DNA of 64,000 bases from an uncultured Candidatus Saccharibacteria bacterium (lineage in GTDB: Bacteria > Patescibacteriota > Minisyncoccia > Phycocordibacterales > DATDWN01), in assembly GCA_964551495.1 (NCBI GenBank), contig CAZKCA010000005.1, positions 5,705-69,704 on the forward strand, written 5' to 3'. Position numbers and translations under genes: made by a program. The notes beneath the pieces are model-generated. The model saw nothing but the letters and a program-made list of their open reading frames with translations. It did not search any database and was not told where the DNA came from. Each line of letters starts with the position of its first letter. The stretch's first letter is position 1. Of the stretch, positions 1-10,187 are shown piece after piece.

Positions 1-80
1 TCCCTGAAAAATGGTTAGAAAGAAAAAATCATGTAACCCTGAGCGTATTATAACAAAAAAAATCAAAAGTTAAAACTAAC

Positions 81-686
81 TTACTCCAATATACCGTCCA
101 AATTTACATCATACAAAATTTGCTCTGAAACTAGTCTATAATCAACCAGTTCACTGACAGAAAACCAATGTTTTATTTCATCTTCTGCTTCTTTAGGAGA
201 ACCTGAAGCATGTATTACATTTCTAACCGCTCTTCCATCTGTATCTGCCATAAGATAAGAATCTAGAACATAATCTCCCCTTATGGTACCGACATCAGAA
301 GATCTTGGTTCTGTTCCTCCTGTTATTTTTCTTACAAGCTCAACAGCATGAGCTCCTTGCCAGACCATAGCAACAACAGGACCGGATGTCATATATTTTT
401 TAAGATTCTCTAATACAATTTTAGTTATCTCAAGAGGATCGTTGGTCCACAAATCTTCTCCTTTTTCCTTAGCTGCTTTTATTCTCTTTTCACCAGTTAT
501 TATTCTCCACTGTGGATCTAAAGTATAATGTTTTTCTATATGATCTTCTGTTGGTACCATCATTTTTAGACCACAGAGTTTTAGGCCAACCTTTTCATAT
601 CTCTTTATAACTTCACCTATTAAACTTCTCTGTACCCCATCTGGTTTTATAACAACCAAAGTTCTTTCTTTTTTTGGATGATTCAT
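81..686 (-). CDS. ndk: Nucleoside diphosphate kinase with C-terminal extension
   Basis: Translation starts MNHPKKERTLVVIKPDGVQRSLIGEVIKRYEKVGLKL, a typical NDK N-terminus. The ORF-track start at 728 is probably over-extended; the internal Met is preferred. Confidence 0.75.
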   Translation of the reverse strand: MNHPKKERTLVVIKPDGVQRSLIGEVIKRYEKVGLKLCGLKMMVPTEDHIEKHYTLDPQWRIITGEKRIKAAKEKGEDLWTNDPLEITKIVLENLKKYMTSGPVVAMVWQGAHAVELVRKITGGTEPRSSDVGTIRGDYVLDSYLMADTDGRAVRNVIHASGSPKEAEDEIKHWFSVSELVDYRLVSEQILYDVNLDGILE

Positions 687-764
687 ATGAGAACATATTA
701 ACACAAAATAAAGCTCCGAATAAGCCAAATCTTAATAAAACCTAAGAACAAGACTTAAAATTGG

Positions 765-1532
765 CTACTTAGTCAGTATTATTGGATCACCTTCTGTAAT
801 AGCAATAGTGTGCTCAAAATGAGCAGCCTTTGAACCATCTCTGGTTTTATAAGTATAGCCATCTTTTGCCAAAGCAATCTTTGAAGAACCTCTAGTTATC
901 ATTGGTTCTATGGCAATAACCATTCCTGGCTTTAAAAGCTCTCCTGAACCCCTTTTCCCCTCATTTGGTACAAATGGATCCTCGTGCACAGAATACCCTA
1001 CACCATGACCGGCTAAACCCTCAGAAAGACCATAGCCTAATGGTTTTACAAAACTTTCTATAGCATATCCTATATCCCCTACACGATTGCCTCCTTTAGC
1101 AGCTTTTATACCCAAATAAAGAGCTTCTTTACAGTGCTCTATTAATTTACTGTCTTCAGGAGAAACCTCTCCGACCGGAACAGTGATTGCTGAATCTGTA
1201 ATTAAACCTTTGTGAGTTAATCCTAAATCTATAGAAACAACATCACCTTCTTTTAGTATTTTTTCTGGTTCGTTTGGAATACCATGAACAATCTCTTCAT
1301 TTACTGAAATACACAAGGCAGCAGGAAAAGGTCTTTTAGCTCCTCTTGGGGTATAGTTTAAAAAAGAAGCCTTATCTCCTTCCTCGAATATAAGTTCTCT
1401 TGCGTAATCTTCTAAAAACTTAGTAGAAACGCCTGATCCTACTTTTTTAGCAACCAAAGACAAAATAAGAGCGTGACGCTTCCCACCCTCTCTCATTATT
1501 TGTATTTCTTCTTTGGTTTTTATATTAATCAT
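765..1532 (-). CDS. map: Methionine aminopeptidase type I
   Basis: 255 aa with MAP-like pita-bread fold motifs. Sits after adk and secY as in canonical spc operon ends. Confidence 0.85.
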   Translation of the reverse strand: MINIKTKEEIQIMREGGKRHALILSLVAKKVGSGVSTKFLEDYARELIFEEGDKASFLNYTPRGAKRPFPAALCISVNEEIVHGIPNEPEKILKEGDVVSIDLGLTHKGLITDSAITVPVGEVSPEDSKLIEHCKEALYLGIKAAKGGNRVGDIGYAIESFVKPLGYGLSEGLAGHGVGYSVHEDPFVPNEGKRGSGELLKPGMVIAIEPMITRGSSKIALAKDGYTYKTRDGSKAAHFEHTIAITEGDPIILTK

Positions 1533-1538
1533 AAAAAT

Positions 1539-2129
1539 CTACCACTCTAGTTTATCAAGTATATCTTGATGTACTTTCTCTATTGGCTGTTCGCCGTTTA
1601 TATCTAAAAAATTATAAAGTTTATTTGATTTAAAATATTCAACAGCTGGCAAAGTATCTCTTTCAAACCAATCAAGTCTATTTTTTATTTGCTCTGGCTG
1701 AATATCATCTGATCTTCCTCTTAAAATAAGCCTTTCTTCGGACCATTCCCTGGAAACATTAAGATATACAATATAAGGTTTCCTGTTGTAAAACTCCATG
1801 GCTGTACTAAATGTCATAGCCTCAGGTAAAGATCTAGTTATACCATCAAATAATATATGGTTATTTTCTTTTATCGAATCAAGTAATATATTGGCCCACA
1901 TCCATATAGCCAAAAAATCTGGCTGTCGCTCTCCTGTTTCATATACTCCTAAGGACAACTTGTTAGAATAGCCGTCCTGTCTAAGAAAATCTCTAAACCT
2001 AGCACCTGTTTCTAGATACAAAATTTCATTCTCTGAGTCTTTTTCTTTTATCTTTTTCTGCAACAAATCAGCCTGAGTTCCTTTACCACACCCAGAACGA
2101 CCTATGAAAACAAAAGTAAGAGGTTGCAT
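1539..2129 (-). CDS. adk: Adenylate kinase-like nucleoside monophosphate kinase
   Basis: P-loop GRSGCGKGTQ, FDG...R and GRSDD motifs. Lies between secY and map. Confidence 0.65.
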   Translation of the reverse strand: MQPLTFVFIGRSGCGKGTQADLLQKKIKEKDSENEILYLETGARFRDFLRQDGYSNKLSLGVYETGERQPDFLAIWMWANILLDSIKENNHILFDGITRSLPEAMTFSTAMEFYNRKPYIVYLNVSREWSEERLILRGRSDDIQPEQIKNRLDWFERDTLPAVEYFKSNKLYNFLDINGEQPIEKVHQDILDKLEW

Positions 2130-2186
2130 AATTTATTAAATATTAAAATAATTAATACTTAATATTATACCAGAAATTAGTTAGAA

Positions 2187-3458
2187 TTAATACTCTCTTA
2201 TAGAAGCCTGTGAGTCTATTTTCTTGATCAATTCAATAACAACAGATACAACAATCAAAAGTCCTGTTCCTCCTACTGATATAGCAGTAATTCCTGTCAT
2301 ATACTGAACTATAAGAGGCAAAACAGCTACAAAACCAAGAAACAATGCTCCCACTAAAGTTAACCTGGTTAAGATTCTTGATATATGGTCAGAAGTAGAT
2401 TTGCCTGGTCTAACACCTGGAATAAACGCACCATTTTTTTGTAGATTGTTTGATATTTGATCTGGATCAAATGTAACTGCGGTGTAAAAATACGTAAATA
2501 TAAATACTAGTAAGAAATATGTTATCCCGTAGAACCATTGATTAGCTAAAACATTAAGCACTGTTGTTGCTAATGATTGTATTGTTGTGTTTCCAATATT
2601 TTGCAAAAACTGAACAAGCATTTGAGGAAACAATAATATAGACAATGCAAAAATTATTGGTATAACACCAGCCTGATTAACCCTAAGAGGAAGATAAGTA
2701 GATGTTCCACCGTATACCCTATTACCTCTAACTTGTTTTGCATAAGTAACTGGAATTGGTCTTTCTGCCTCGGTTATAACAACGACCCCAGCAATAACCA
2801 AAAGAGAAATTATTGCGAATATAATATATAGAGGTATTTGTGAAGGATCAAAAGTAAAGACAAACTGACTTATTTGTGTTGGTAGAACAGCCACTATACC
2901 AGCGAAAATAAGAATTGATATACCATTACCGATACCGTATTCAGATATAAGCTCTCCAATCCACATCAAAAGCATTGAACCTGCTGTTATTAAAATAAGG
3001 TTTGTTACAAGAGTTAATCCAGCCATTTGGTCTATAATAGCCTGAGATTCAAGTATTTTTATAAAACTAAATCCTTGTATCAAAGCCAAAGGAACAGTTA
3101 GAAGTCTACTGTATTGTGAAAATTTTCTTCTTCCAACTTCACCTTCTTCTTGATACATCTCTTTCAATCTAGGGACCATTATTGTAAGAAGTTGCATTAT
3201 GATGGATGCTGTAATATAAGGTCCCACTCCTAGCATAACGATAGAGAGCTGAGATAATCCTCCACCAGAAAAAATATTTAACAAGCCAAAAAATTGATTA
3301 CTTGAAAAAAATTGAGCTATTCTAGAAGTATCTACTCCTGAAATGGGTATTATGGCCAGTATCCTAAATATAACTAAAGCGCCAAGAGTAAAAAATATCT
3401 TACCTCTTAGAGAATCATCTTTTAATACAATATTTAATTTATTTAGAATTCCTTTCAT
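2187..3458 (-). CDS. secY: Preprotein translocase SecY
   Basis: 423 aa multi-TM protein directly downstream of rplO. Confidence 0.9.
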   Translation of the reverse strand: MKGILNKLNIVLKDDSLRGKIFFTLGALVIFRILAIIPISGVDTSRIAQFFSSNQFFGLLNIFSGGGLSQLSIVMLGVGPYITASIIMQLLTIMVPRLKEMYQEEGEVGRRKFSQYSRLLTVPLALIQGFSFIKILESQAIIDQMAGLTLVTNLILITAGSMLLMWIGELISEYGIGNGISILIFAGIVAVLPTQISQFVFTFDPSQIPLYIIFAIISLLVIAGVVVITEAERPIPVTYAKQVRGNRVYGGTSTYLPLRVNQAGVIPIIFALSILLFPQMLVQFLQNIGNTTIQSLATTVLNVLANQWFYGITYFLLVFIFTYFYTAVTFDPDQISNNLQKNGAFIPGVRPGKSTSDHISRILTRLTLVGALFLGFVAVLPLIVQYMTGITAISVGGTGLLIVVSVVIELIKKIDSQASIREY

Positions 3459-3462
3459 AGGA

Positions 3463-3906
3463 CTACTTTAACACAGTACCACCAGCTTTTTCTACTTGAC
3501 TCTTAGCGGAATCTGATATTTCACAGTCTTTTATTGTAACCTTTTTAGTTAAGTTTCCCGTTGCTAAAATTTTTACCCCAACTTTTTTGCCTTTGTGTGT
3601 AGAAATAAGACCTTTACTTAGAAGAGTAGAAGGGCTAACTATTTCTCCATTAGAAAAATTAGATTCTATTATTTTCAGACTTACAGGGAAAAGAGGTGTT
3701 TTTATGCTTGTATTTATATTCTTACCTCTACCTCTCATTTTAGGTAGTCTTTTTATAAAATCTCTAATTTCTGGTCTCTTTTTATGGCCCGCTCTAGCAT
3801 TTTGACCCTTGGTTCCTTTTCCAGATGTTTTTCCACGAGTTCCACCTCTCCCCACCTGACGAGATTTCTTATTTTTATTTTGTCTTTTTAAATTGTGTAT
3901 CTGCAT
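3463..3906 (-). CDS. rplO: 50S ribosomal protein L15
   Basis: Gly/Arg/Lys-rich N-terminus and operon position. Confidence 0.85.
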   Translation of the reverse strand: MQIHNLKRQNKNKKSRQVGRGGTRGKTSGKGTKGQNARAGHKKRPEIRDFIKRLPKMRGRGKNINTSIKTPLFPVSLKIIESNFSNGEIVSPSTLLSKGLISTHKGKKVGVKILATGNLTKKVTIKDCEISDSAKSQVEKAGGTVLK

Positions 3907-3907
3907 A

Positions 3908-4480
3908 TTATTTTCTAGGTAACTTTGACAAAGCCTTTATAGCCGCCTTAGCGTTGTTAACTTTATTTTTTGACCTTGAAAAGATCTTGGAACTAACTTC
4001 TTTAACTCCGGCAAACTCAAGAACTGTTCTAACAGAAGAACCAGCCAAAATTCCTTTTCCTGGAGCATTCATTATCATAACCCTAGATGAAGAATACTTT
4101 GCTTCCACATCATGAGCGATAGTTCCATTTTTAAGAGGTACTGTAATCATGTTCTTTCTTGCATCTCTCACAGCTTTATCTATAGCCAGAGGAGTATCTG
4201 TTGCTTTACCTTGTCCTACACCAACCTTACCTTTTTTATCACCAACAACAACTCCAACTGAAAAACTAAATCTCCTTCCTCCTGTAACAACCCTAGTAAC
4301 TCTTCTGATACTTATGATCTTCTGATCAAATTCTGATTTTGGTCTAGCTTCTCTTCTAGCAGGAGCTTTTCTAGGATTTTTTCTTTGTCCAGTTTTTTGA
4401 TTACCTAAATTCTTAGAATCAGAAACTTCGGCTGTTTCTGTTTCTACTATATCAACTTTTTTTACTTCTTCTTTATCCAT
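3908..4480 (-). CDS. rpsE: 30S ribosomal protein S5 with N-terminal basic extension
   Basis: Core RVTRVVTGGRRFSF...GKGIL; no L30 gene follows. Confidence 0.85.
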   Translation of the reverse strand: MDKEEVKKVDIVETETAEVSDSKNLGNQKTGQRKNPRKAPARREARPKSEFDQKIISIRRVTRVVTGGRRFSFSVGVVVGDKKGKVGVGQGKATDTPLAIDKAVRDARKNMITVPLKNGTIAHDVEAKYSSSRVMIMNAPGKGILAGSSVRTVLEFAGVKEVSSKIFSRSKNKVNNAKAAIKALSKLPRK

Positions 4481-4488
4481 AAAATTTA

Positions 4489-4839
4489 TTAAAATATTAG
4501 ACCTCCTTCTCTAGCTCCTTCTGCCAAAGCTGAAACACACCCTGTATACATAAAACCTCCTCTATCAAATACTATTTGATTAATATTTTTTGCTTTGGCT
4601 TTTTCTGCAATAGACTTGCCAACTAGTTTTGATTTTTCTAAAAGAGTTTTGCCTTTAACTTCTCTCGAAAAAGCTGAGACTATTGTTTGACCTAGTTCAT
4701 CATTAATAATCTGAGCTGAGATATGTTTATTTGACTTAAATACAGACAACCTAGGTCTTTCTGCAGTACCAAAAATCTTAGCACGAATCCTCTTGTGTCT
4801 TCTGTCTCTCTGTATTATTTTTTGTTCTGTCTTTTTCAT
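4489..4839 (-). CDS. rplR: 50S ribosomal protein L18
   Basis: Operon position and basic N-terminus. Confidence 0.85.
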   Translation of the reverse strand: MKKTEQKIIQRDRRHKRIRAKIFGTAERPRLSVFKSNKHISAQIINDELGQTIVSAFSREVKGKTLLEKSKLVGKSIAEKAKAKNINQIVFDRGGFMYTGCVSALAEGAREGGLIF

Positions 4840-4850
4840 ATTAATTAAAA

Positions 4851-5384
4851 CTAAGCACTCTTCTTACCTTGTTTTCTCTTAATAACCTCATTTTCATATC
4901 TTATACCTTTACCCTTATAAGGTTCTGGTTTTTTCCAATCTCTTATATCTGCAGCAAATTGTCCTACTTTTTCTTTGTCTATACCTGAAATGGTTATTAT
5001 ATTTTTTTCTGATGTAACAGTAAGCCCTTCTGGAATTTTTATATTTACAGAATGAGAAAAACCTAGAGACATTACCAAATCTTTTCCTTTAATTTCTGCT
5101 TTATAACCTATACCTTCTACAATTAACTTTTTAGTGAAAAGTTTATTAACACCATCTATCATATTACCTATATGAGAAGCGTATGTCCCCCACAAAGCAT
5201 TACTCTCTATAGACTTAGATTTTGGAACCAAATTAATTTCATTACCAGATATGTTTATATCAATAGTAGATTTAAATTTTCTATCTATTTGACCAAGAGG
5301 ACCTTTGACGGTTAAAACTCCTGAATTTATAGATACTTCAGTTTTTGGTGGTATTGATATTGTTTTTTTACCTATTCTTGACAT
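4851..5384 (-). CDS. rplF: 50S ribosomal protein L6
   Basis: MSRIGKK start; the ORF-track start at 5399 overlaps rpsH. Confidence 0.85.
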   Translation of the reverse strand: MSRIGKKTISIPPKTEVSINSGVLTVKGPLGQIDRKFKSTIDINISGNEINLVPKSKSIESNALWGTYASHIGNMIDGVNKLFTKKLIVEGIGYKAEIKGKDLVMSLGFSHSVNIKIPEGLTVTSEKNIITISGIDKEKVGQFAADIRDWKKPEPYKGKGIRYENEVIKRKQGKKSA

Positions 5385-5392
5385 AAATTTTA

Positions 5393-5785
5393 TTACCAAA
5401 TTTTAAACAATACTTCTCCTCCTAAATGTTCAGCTCGTGCTGTCTTATCTGACATAACACCTTTTGGTGTTGATATAACAGCTATACCGTAACCATTTTT
5501 TATAGGTTTTAAATCTTTTGATTTTTGATAAATCCTTTTAGAAGTTTTTGATATTCTTTTTACTCCAGAAATTTTTGGTCTTCCATCTTCATCATAAATC
5601 AAAACAACTTCTATGTATTTAATAACCTTTTTACCTTTCTTGGCAAAAGATTTTACAAAACCTTCCTTAAGTAAAACATCTAAAATGGCTAGTTTTAACT
5701 TAGAATAAGTGAAAACAACAGATTCTTTTTTAGAAACTGAAGCGTTCAATATTCTTGTTATCATGTCTGCGATTGAATCTTTCAT
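5393..5785 (-). CDS. rpsH: 30S ribosomal protein S8
   Basis: Operon position and S8-like sequence. Confidence 0.85.
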   Translation of the reverse strand: MKDSIADMITRILNASVSKKESVVFTYSKLKLAILDVLLKEGFVKSFAKKGKKVIKYIEVVLIYDEDGRPKISGVKRISKTSKRIYQKSKDLKPIKNGYGIAVISTPKGVMSDKTARAEHLGGEVLFKIW

Positions 5786-5815
5786 ATTTTTTCTTCGGCA
5801 GTATCTAATTTAGAC

Positions 5816-6001
5816 TTACCAAGATGATTTTTTAACACCCGGGATTTTACCCTCATTAGCAAGCTCTCTAAAACATATCCTGCATAGACCAAAATCTCTC
5901 ATATAGCCGTGCTTTCTACCACACTTGAAGCATCTGTTAACAGACCTAACTTCAAATTTAGGTTTCTTATTTGCTCTAGCTATAACTGATCTTTTTGCCA
6001 T
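5816..6001 (-). CDS. rpsZ: 30S ribosomal protein S14 type Z (zinc-binding)
   Basis: 61 aa with CxxC...CxxC. Confidence 0.85.
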   Translation of the reverse strand: MAKRSVIARANKKPKFEVRSVNRCFKCGRKHGYMRDFGLCRICFRELANEGKIPGVKKSSW

Positions 6002-6082
6002 ACTAAAATATAAATAAAAAAGCTTTTAAAAGCCTCGGCTCCAATACTATCAAGAAGAGCCTTGGCTGTCAATTAATAAATT

Positions 6083-6619
6083 TTATACCTTCTTAAAAGG
6101 AAACCCTAGATAAGAAAGAAATTCAAAAGTCTCTTTCTTATCCTTTACGTTTGTCACCACTGTGATAGCAAGACCAAAAACATCTTTAAGTTCCTCGTCT
6201 GCAGATTCTGGGAAAATAGTATTTTCTCTTATACCCAAAGTATAATTTCCCATTTCATCTATGGCATTAGGAGATATTCCTCTGAAGTCCTTTGTTCTCG
6301 GCAATGCAATATTTATTAATTTATCAAGAAAATCATACATTCTTTTGCCTCTCAATGTAACAGATACCCCAACAGGATCACCTTCTCTAACTTTGAAAGC
6401 AGCTACAGATTGTTTTGCTCCCTTTCTTACCGGTTTTTGACCTGTTATTCTAGTTATTCTGTCTACAACTAAATCTATTTTCTTTTTATCCTTAAATGAA
6501 CCCACCCCAGCAGAAACAACAACCTTTTGTATTTTAGGAGATTGATTTATGTTTTTATATCCAAATTTACCCTTAAGAAATTCGTATGATTTGGCTACTT
6601 TGTTTTTTACTGTTTCCAT
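6083..6619 (-). CDS. rplE: 50S ribosomal protein L5
   Basis: Operon position, 178 aa. Confidence 0.85.
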   Translation of the reverse strand: METVKNKVAKSYEFLKGKFGYKNINQSPKIQKVVVSAGVGSFKDKKKIDLVVDRITRITGQKPVRKGAKQSVAAFKVREGDPVGVSVTLRGKRMYDFLDKLINIALPRTKDFRGISPNAIDEMGNYTLGIRENTIFPESADEELKDVFGLAITVVTNVKDKKETFEFLSYLGFPFKKV

Positions 6620-6628
6620 AAATTTTTA

Positions 6629-6934
6629 TTAAATGATCGTTCCACTTTTTTTAGCTACTCTAACTTTTTTATCTTTTTCTATTTTAAAAGATACTCTTGT
6701 TGGTTTGTTCTTTTTTGGATCTATCAAAGAAACATTGGATACATGGATAGGCATTGGTTTTTCTATGACTTGTCCTTTTTCACCACTCTTTCTTGGTCTT
6801 CTGTGAACTTTTGTCATGTTTAATCCCCCAACAATAACTTTGTTTTCTTTCGGCATAGACTTAACAACAGAACCTGTTTTTCCTTTGTCTTTACCTGCAA
6901 GTATTATTACTTTGTCGTCTTTTTTAATATGCAT
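6629..6934 (-). CDS. rplX: 50S ribosomal protein L24
   Basis: KOW-like MHIKKDDKVIILAGKDKGKTG. Confidence 0.85.
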   Translation of the reverse strand: MHIKKDDKVIILAGKDKGKTGSVVKSMPKENKVIVGGLNMTKVHRRPRKSGEKGQVIEKPMPIHVSNVSLIDPKKNKPTRVSFKIEKDKKVRVAKKSGTII

Positions 6935-6943
6935 AAGTTTTAT

Positions 6944-7315
6944 TTATACAACCTCTGGTGCCAGAGATATTATACTTTGATACCCTGCCTCTGAAAGCTC
7001 TCTAGGTATAGGACCAAAAACGCGAGTTCCAATTGGTTCTTTTTTCTCTTTAGAAACAATCACAACTGCATTTTCATCAAATCTAACATATGAACCATCT
7101 TTTCTTCTAAAAGGAGCTTTTTGTCTTACTACTACAGCATAATAAACATCCTTCTTTTTAACTGATTTTCTAGGTTGAGCTTTTTGGATAGATAAAACGA
7201 TTAGCTCTCCTAATCTAGCATATCTTTTCTTTGAGCTACCTAAAACCTTGAAAACTCTTCCGATTGTTCCTCCGGAGTTATCAGCTATTTTTACTAATGT
7301 CTGTGGCTGTATCAT
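6944..7315 (-). CDS. rplN: 50S ribosomal protein L14
   Basis: MIQPQTLVKIADNSG. Confidence 0.9.
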   Translation of the reverse strand: MIQPQTLVKIADNSGGTIGRVFKVLGSSKKRYARLGELIVLSIQKAQPRKSVKKKDVYYAVVVRQKAPFRRKDGSYVRFDENAVVIVSKEKKEPIGTRVFGPIPRELSEAGYQSIISLAPEVV

Positions 7316-7320
7316 GTTTT

Positions 7321-7581
7321 TTAAATAATCTTAAATGACTTGTGTTTTGATATTGGAGCACATTCAACAATAGTTACTTTGTCTCCAACTTTAGCAGTAT
7401 TGCCAGGATTATGAACTTTGTATTTCTTATTCCTGTTAATATACTTATCATACTTTGGGTGCTTTACAAAACGATTAACCAAAATAGTAACTGTATCTTT
7501 CATTTTGTCCGAAACAACAACACCCATTAGTTTTTTAGGTTTTCCTGCTATTTTATTATTTTGTGTATCTTTTGTAGTCAT
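7321..7581 (-). CDS. rpsQ: 30S ribosomal protein S17
   Basis: 86 aa, operon position. Confidence 0.85.
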   Translation of the reverse strand: MTTKDTQNNKIAGKPKKLMGVVVSDKMKDTVTILVNRFVKHPKYDKYINRNKKYKVHNPGNTAKVGDKVTIVECAPISKHKSFKII

Positions 7582-7582
7582 A

Positions 7583-7771
7583 TTATTTCTCTACAGTTTT
7601 AAGAAGAGTGTTTATTCTAGCAATGTCTTTTCTTAATTCTCTACCCTCTTTAACATTTCTAACATTACTTCCAGCAATACCAAACCTGAAAACCTTAAGT
7701 GATTCTCTTTTTTCTGAAAGTAGATTTTCTAGATCTTTTCTATTCTTTTTTGATAAATCTTTCATTTTCAT
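7583..7771 (-). CDS. rpmC: 50S ribosomal protein L29
   Basis: 62 aa helical protein between L16 and S17. Confidence 0.8.
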   Translation of the reverse strand: MKMKDLSKKNRKDLENLLSEKRESLKVFRFGIAGSNVRNVKEGRELRKDIARINTLLKTVEK

Positions 7772-7776
7772 AAATT

Positions 7777-8193
7777 TTATCTAGCAACAATCTTAGTTTT
7801 AACAGGAAGTTTTGTGCCGGCCTTTCTCAGAGCCTCTCTAGCTACAGCCTCTGCAACACCATCTACCTCAAACAAAACTCTTCCAGGTTTTACAGGGGCA
7901 ACATATCCAGCCAAATCTCCTTTTCCTTTACCCAACTTAACCTCTGCTGGCTTCTGAGTATAAGGCATATCTGGGAAAATTCTTATCCAAACTTTACCAG
8001 TTTTACCTACTGTTCTAGATATAACTTTTCTAGCAGCTTCGATTTGGTTTGATTTGATTCTTGCCCCTTCTGTAGCTTTGATACCAAAAGAACCGAAAGC
8101 AACTGTTGCGCCACGACTAGCCACACCAACCTTTGCTGGGTTTTTTCTCATTGTGTGCCACTTTCTGTATTTTACTTTCTTTGGTATTAACAT
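7777..8193 (-). CDS. rplP: 50S ribosomal protein L16
   Basis: MLIPKKVKYRK start. Confidence 0.9.
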   Translation of the reverse strand: MLIPKKVKYRKWHTMRKNPAKVGVASRGATVAFGSFGIKATEGARIKSNQIEAARKVISRTVGKTGKVWIRIFPDMPYTQKPAEVKLGKGKGDLAGYVAPVKPGRVLFEVDGVAEAVAREALRKAGTKLPVKTKIVAR

Positions 8194-8199
8194 AAGCCT

Positions 8200-8856
8200 T
8201 TATTTATTAAATATATCTCCTCTGTATATCCAAACTTTTATACCAATTCCTCCATAAGGAAGTCTGGCTTCATATTTTGTAAAATCTACATCAGCTCTAA
8301 AAGTTTGAAGAGGTATTCTTCCTTTTTTCATTTTTTCTTTTCTAGCCATTGTTGCACCTCCCAATCTTCCAGACAATTCTATCTTTACTCCGGAAACATC
8401 TCTGTTAGCCATTACCTTTTCAACCATTTGTTTCAAGACTCTTCTAAAAGGGAGTCTTTTTTCTAGACCTTCTGCGATCATTTGAGCCACAATAGCAGAG
8501 TTTGATTCAGGAGACTTAACTTCTTTTATATCAAGTTTTATTTCTCCTTCAGCTGACAATTTATTTTTTCTTATAAAAGAAATTATGTCATTTCTAAGTT
8601 TGGTAGCACCATCTCCACTTCTTCCTATTATCATTCCAGGACGAGAAGTTTCTATTATGATTCTGAGTTCTTTTTCTCCTCTCTCCATTTCTACATTGGC
8701 AACAAAATTTCCTCTCAATCTTTTTTCAAGATATCCTCTAAGTAAAACATCGCTCTTTAGAAAATCCTTGTATTTACTTTTAACGCCAAACCAGCGAGAT
8801 TTCCAATCTCTTATTATTCCTAGCCTATGTGAATATGGGTGGACTGTGTGAGTCAT
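8200..8856 (-). CDS. rpsC: 30S ribosomal protein S3
   Basis: KH-domain protein, 218 aa, operon position. Confidence 0.9.
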   Translation of the reverse strand: MTHTVHPYSHRLGIIRDWKSRWFGVKSKYKDFLKSDVLLRGYLEKRLRGNFVANVEMERGEKELRIIIETSRPGMIIGRSGDGATKLRNDIISFIRKNKLSAEGEIKLDIKEVKSPESNSAIVAQMIAEGLEKRLPFRRVLKQMVEKVMANRDVSGVKIELSGRLGGATMARKEKMKKGRIPLQTFRADVDFTKYEARLPYGGIGIKVWIYRGDIFNK

Positions 8857-8864
8857 AATAATTA

Positions 8865-9302
8865 TTATTTTTTCTTATTTACTTTTTTTGTTTTTGATTC
8901 TTTTTTATCATCTGAAACAACCTGATCCTCAGTTTTTTCCTTGGAAACTTTGGTTGATTTTAATTTCTGAATTTTTTCATCTAGTTCTAGATAAACAATA
9001 CTTGTTCTCTTTCTTATAGGATGAGCACTACCTCTTGAAGCAGGACGTCTTCTGTATAAAATCTTTCCACCATCTACTTTGATAGTTTTAACTACCAAAT
9101 TTTCTGTCGGTATTTCTTGAGCCTTTGCATTGGCCAAGGCAGATGCTACTAAATTTTTTATTGGATTACCTGCTCTTTTAGCCACAAAATCCAAATGAAC
9201 CAAAGCATCAGAAACTTTCTTCCCTTTTATAAGATTAGCAACCAATCGCATTTTGCGAGGTGATTGTCTAAAATTTGAAAGTGTAGCTGTTACTTTTGTC
9301 AT
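8865..9302 (-). CDS. rplV: 50S ribosomal protein L22 with C-terminal K/E-rich tail
   Basis: Operon position. Confidence 0.85.
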   Translation of the reverse strand: MTKVTATLSNFRQSPRKMRLVANLIKGKKVSDALVHLDFVAKRAGNPIKNLVASALANAKAQEIPTENLVVKTIKVDGGKILYRRRPASRGSAHPIRKRTSIVYLELDEKIQKLKSTKVSKEKTEDQVVSDDKKESKTKKVNKKK

Positions 9303-9307
9303 GTTAT

Positions 9308-9646
9308 TTATTTTTTAGCAGTATCAGATTTTGCTGATTTAGCAGCTGCTATTTCAGCTTCTTTTTTCTTTTGTTCTAGCTCTTTCTGCATTTTACCTCC
9401 GTGTCTTAGGAATTTCTTTGTAGGAGAGAACTCACCTAGTCTGTGACCAATCATATCTTCATTTACCAAAACCTCAACGTGAGTTTTACCATTGTGAACA
9501 CCAAACTTGAAACCAACCATCTCTGGAGATATAACACAAGCTCTAGACCAAGTCTTAATAACCCCAGTTTCTTCTGGTTTTTTACCTACAATTTTCTTTA
9601 TTACTCTTTCGTCCACGTATGGACCTTTTTTTGATGATCTTGTCAT
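9308..9646 (-). CDS. rpsS: 30S ribosomal protein S19 with C-terminal extension
   Basis: [15 protein letters not shown]. Confidence 0.9.
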   Translation of the reverse strand: MTRSSKKGPYVDERVIKKIVGKKPEETGVIKTWSRACVISPEMVGFKFGVHNGKTHVEVLVNEDMIGHRLGEFSPTKKFLRHGGKMQKELEQKKKEAEIAAAKSAKSDTAKK

Positions 9647-9915
9647 TTTAATTTTTCAAAACAAAAACCACGTTGCTTGTGGTATGAAATACCCCAGACA
9701 AAAAATGTATAAGAGACAAAAACTCTTATGTGAGCCTTATACTACACAAAAGGCCAAAGGATGTCAAACGATTTTTATATATAATTTATATAGAAAAAAA
9801 GGCCCCTTCGCGTTGGTTACGCTAGGGTGCCTTATGAATCGAAGCCTTTCATATTTTAGGCTGATTAGCCTTCTCCTTTCTCTCTTGGTGCCTGTGGTGG
9901 CCGGGCGGCGGCGAG

Positions 9916-10011
9916 CTACCGCTCGCGACAGGACTCCTTGAACTCCTGCATCTCCTCAAGGGTGTTAAACTCGTACACTACACCCCTGAAAATGACCTTG
10001 TACTTCTTCAT
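9916..10011 (-). CDS. 31-aa GC-rich mini-ORF (MKKYKVIFRGVVYEFNTLEEMQEFKESCRER) inside the rplB-rpsS insertion
   Basis: ATG with an upstream purine-rich stretch; codon usage is GC-rich and unlike the host. A T-run hairpin follows ~90 nt downstream. May be a fragment. Confidence 0.15.
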   Translation of the reverse strand: MKKYKVIFRGVVYEFNTLEEMQEFKESCRER

Positions 10012-10152
10012 TTTCTCTGTTCCTTTCTGAAGATCCCCTTGTTCCTTTCCTTAGGAGATCATTCTACATATATCTTATCATATTATAACAATTTTGTCAA
10101 GCATTTTCACCTATTTTTAACAAAATATAGCTCTATTTAGCCATATTATAAT

Positions 10153-10187
10153 AAAAAACACCCTTTATAGGGTGGTTTCTTTTTTAT
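10153..10187 (-). terminator. Terminator hairpin closing the deaminase-like gene
   Basis: caccct-ttat-agggtg flanked by A-run and T-run (bidirectional). Confidence 0.55.

Noticed and set aside
3587-4115. Plus-strand ORFs 3587..3805 and 3825..4115
   Set aside because: Antisense to rplO and rpsE; hydrophobic spurious translations.
9507-9941. 144-aa plus-strand ORF
   Set aside because: Spans the antisense of rpsS and runs into the GC-rich island; no start context, and composition changes mid-ORF.
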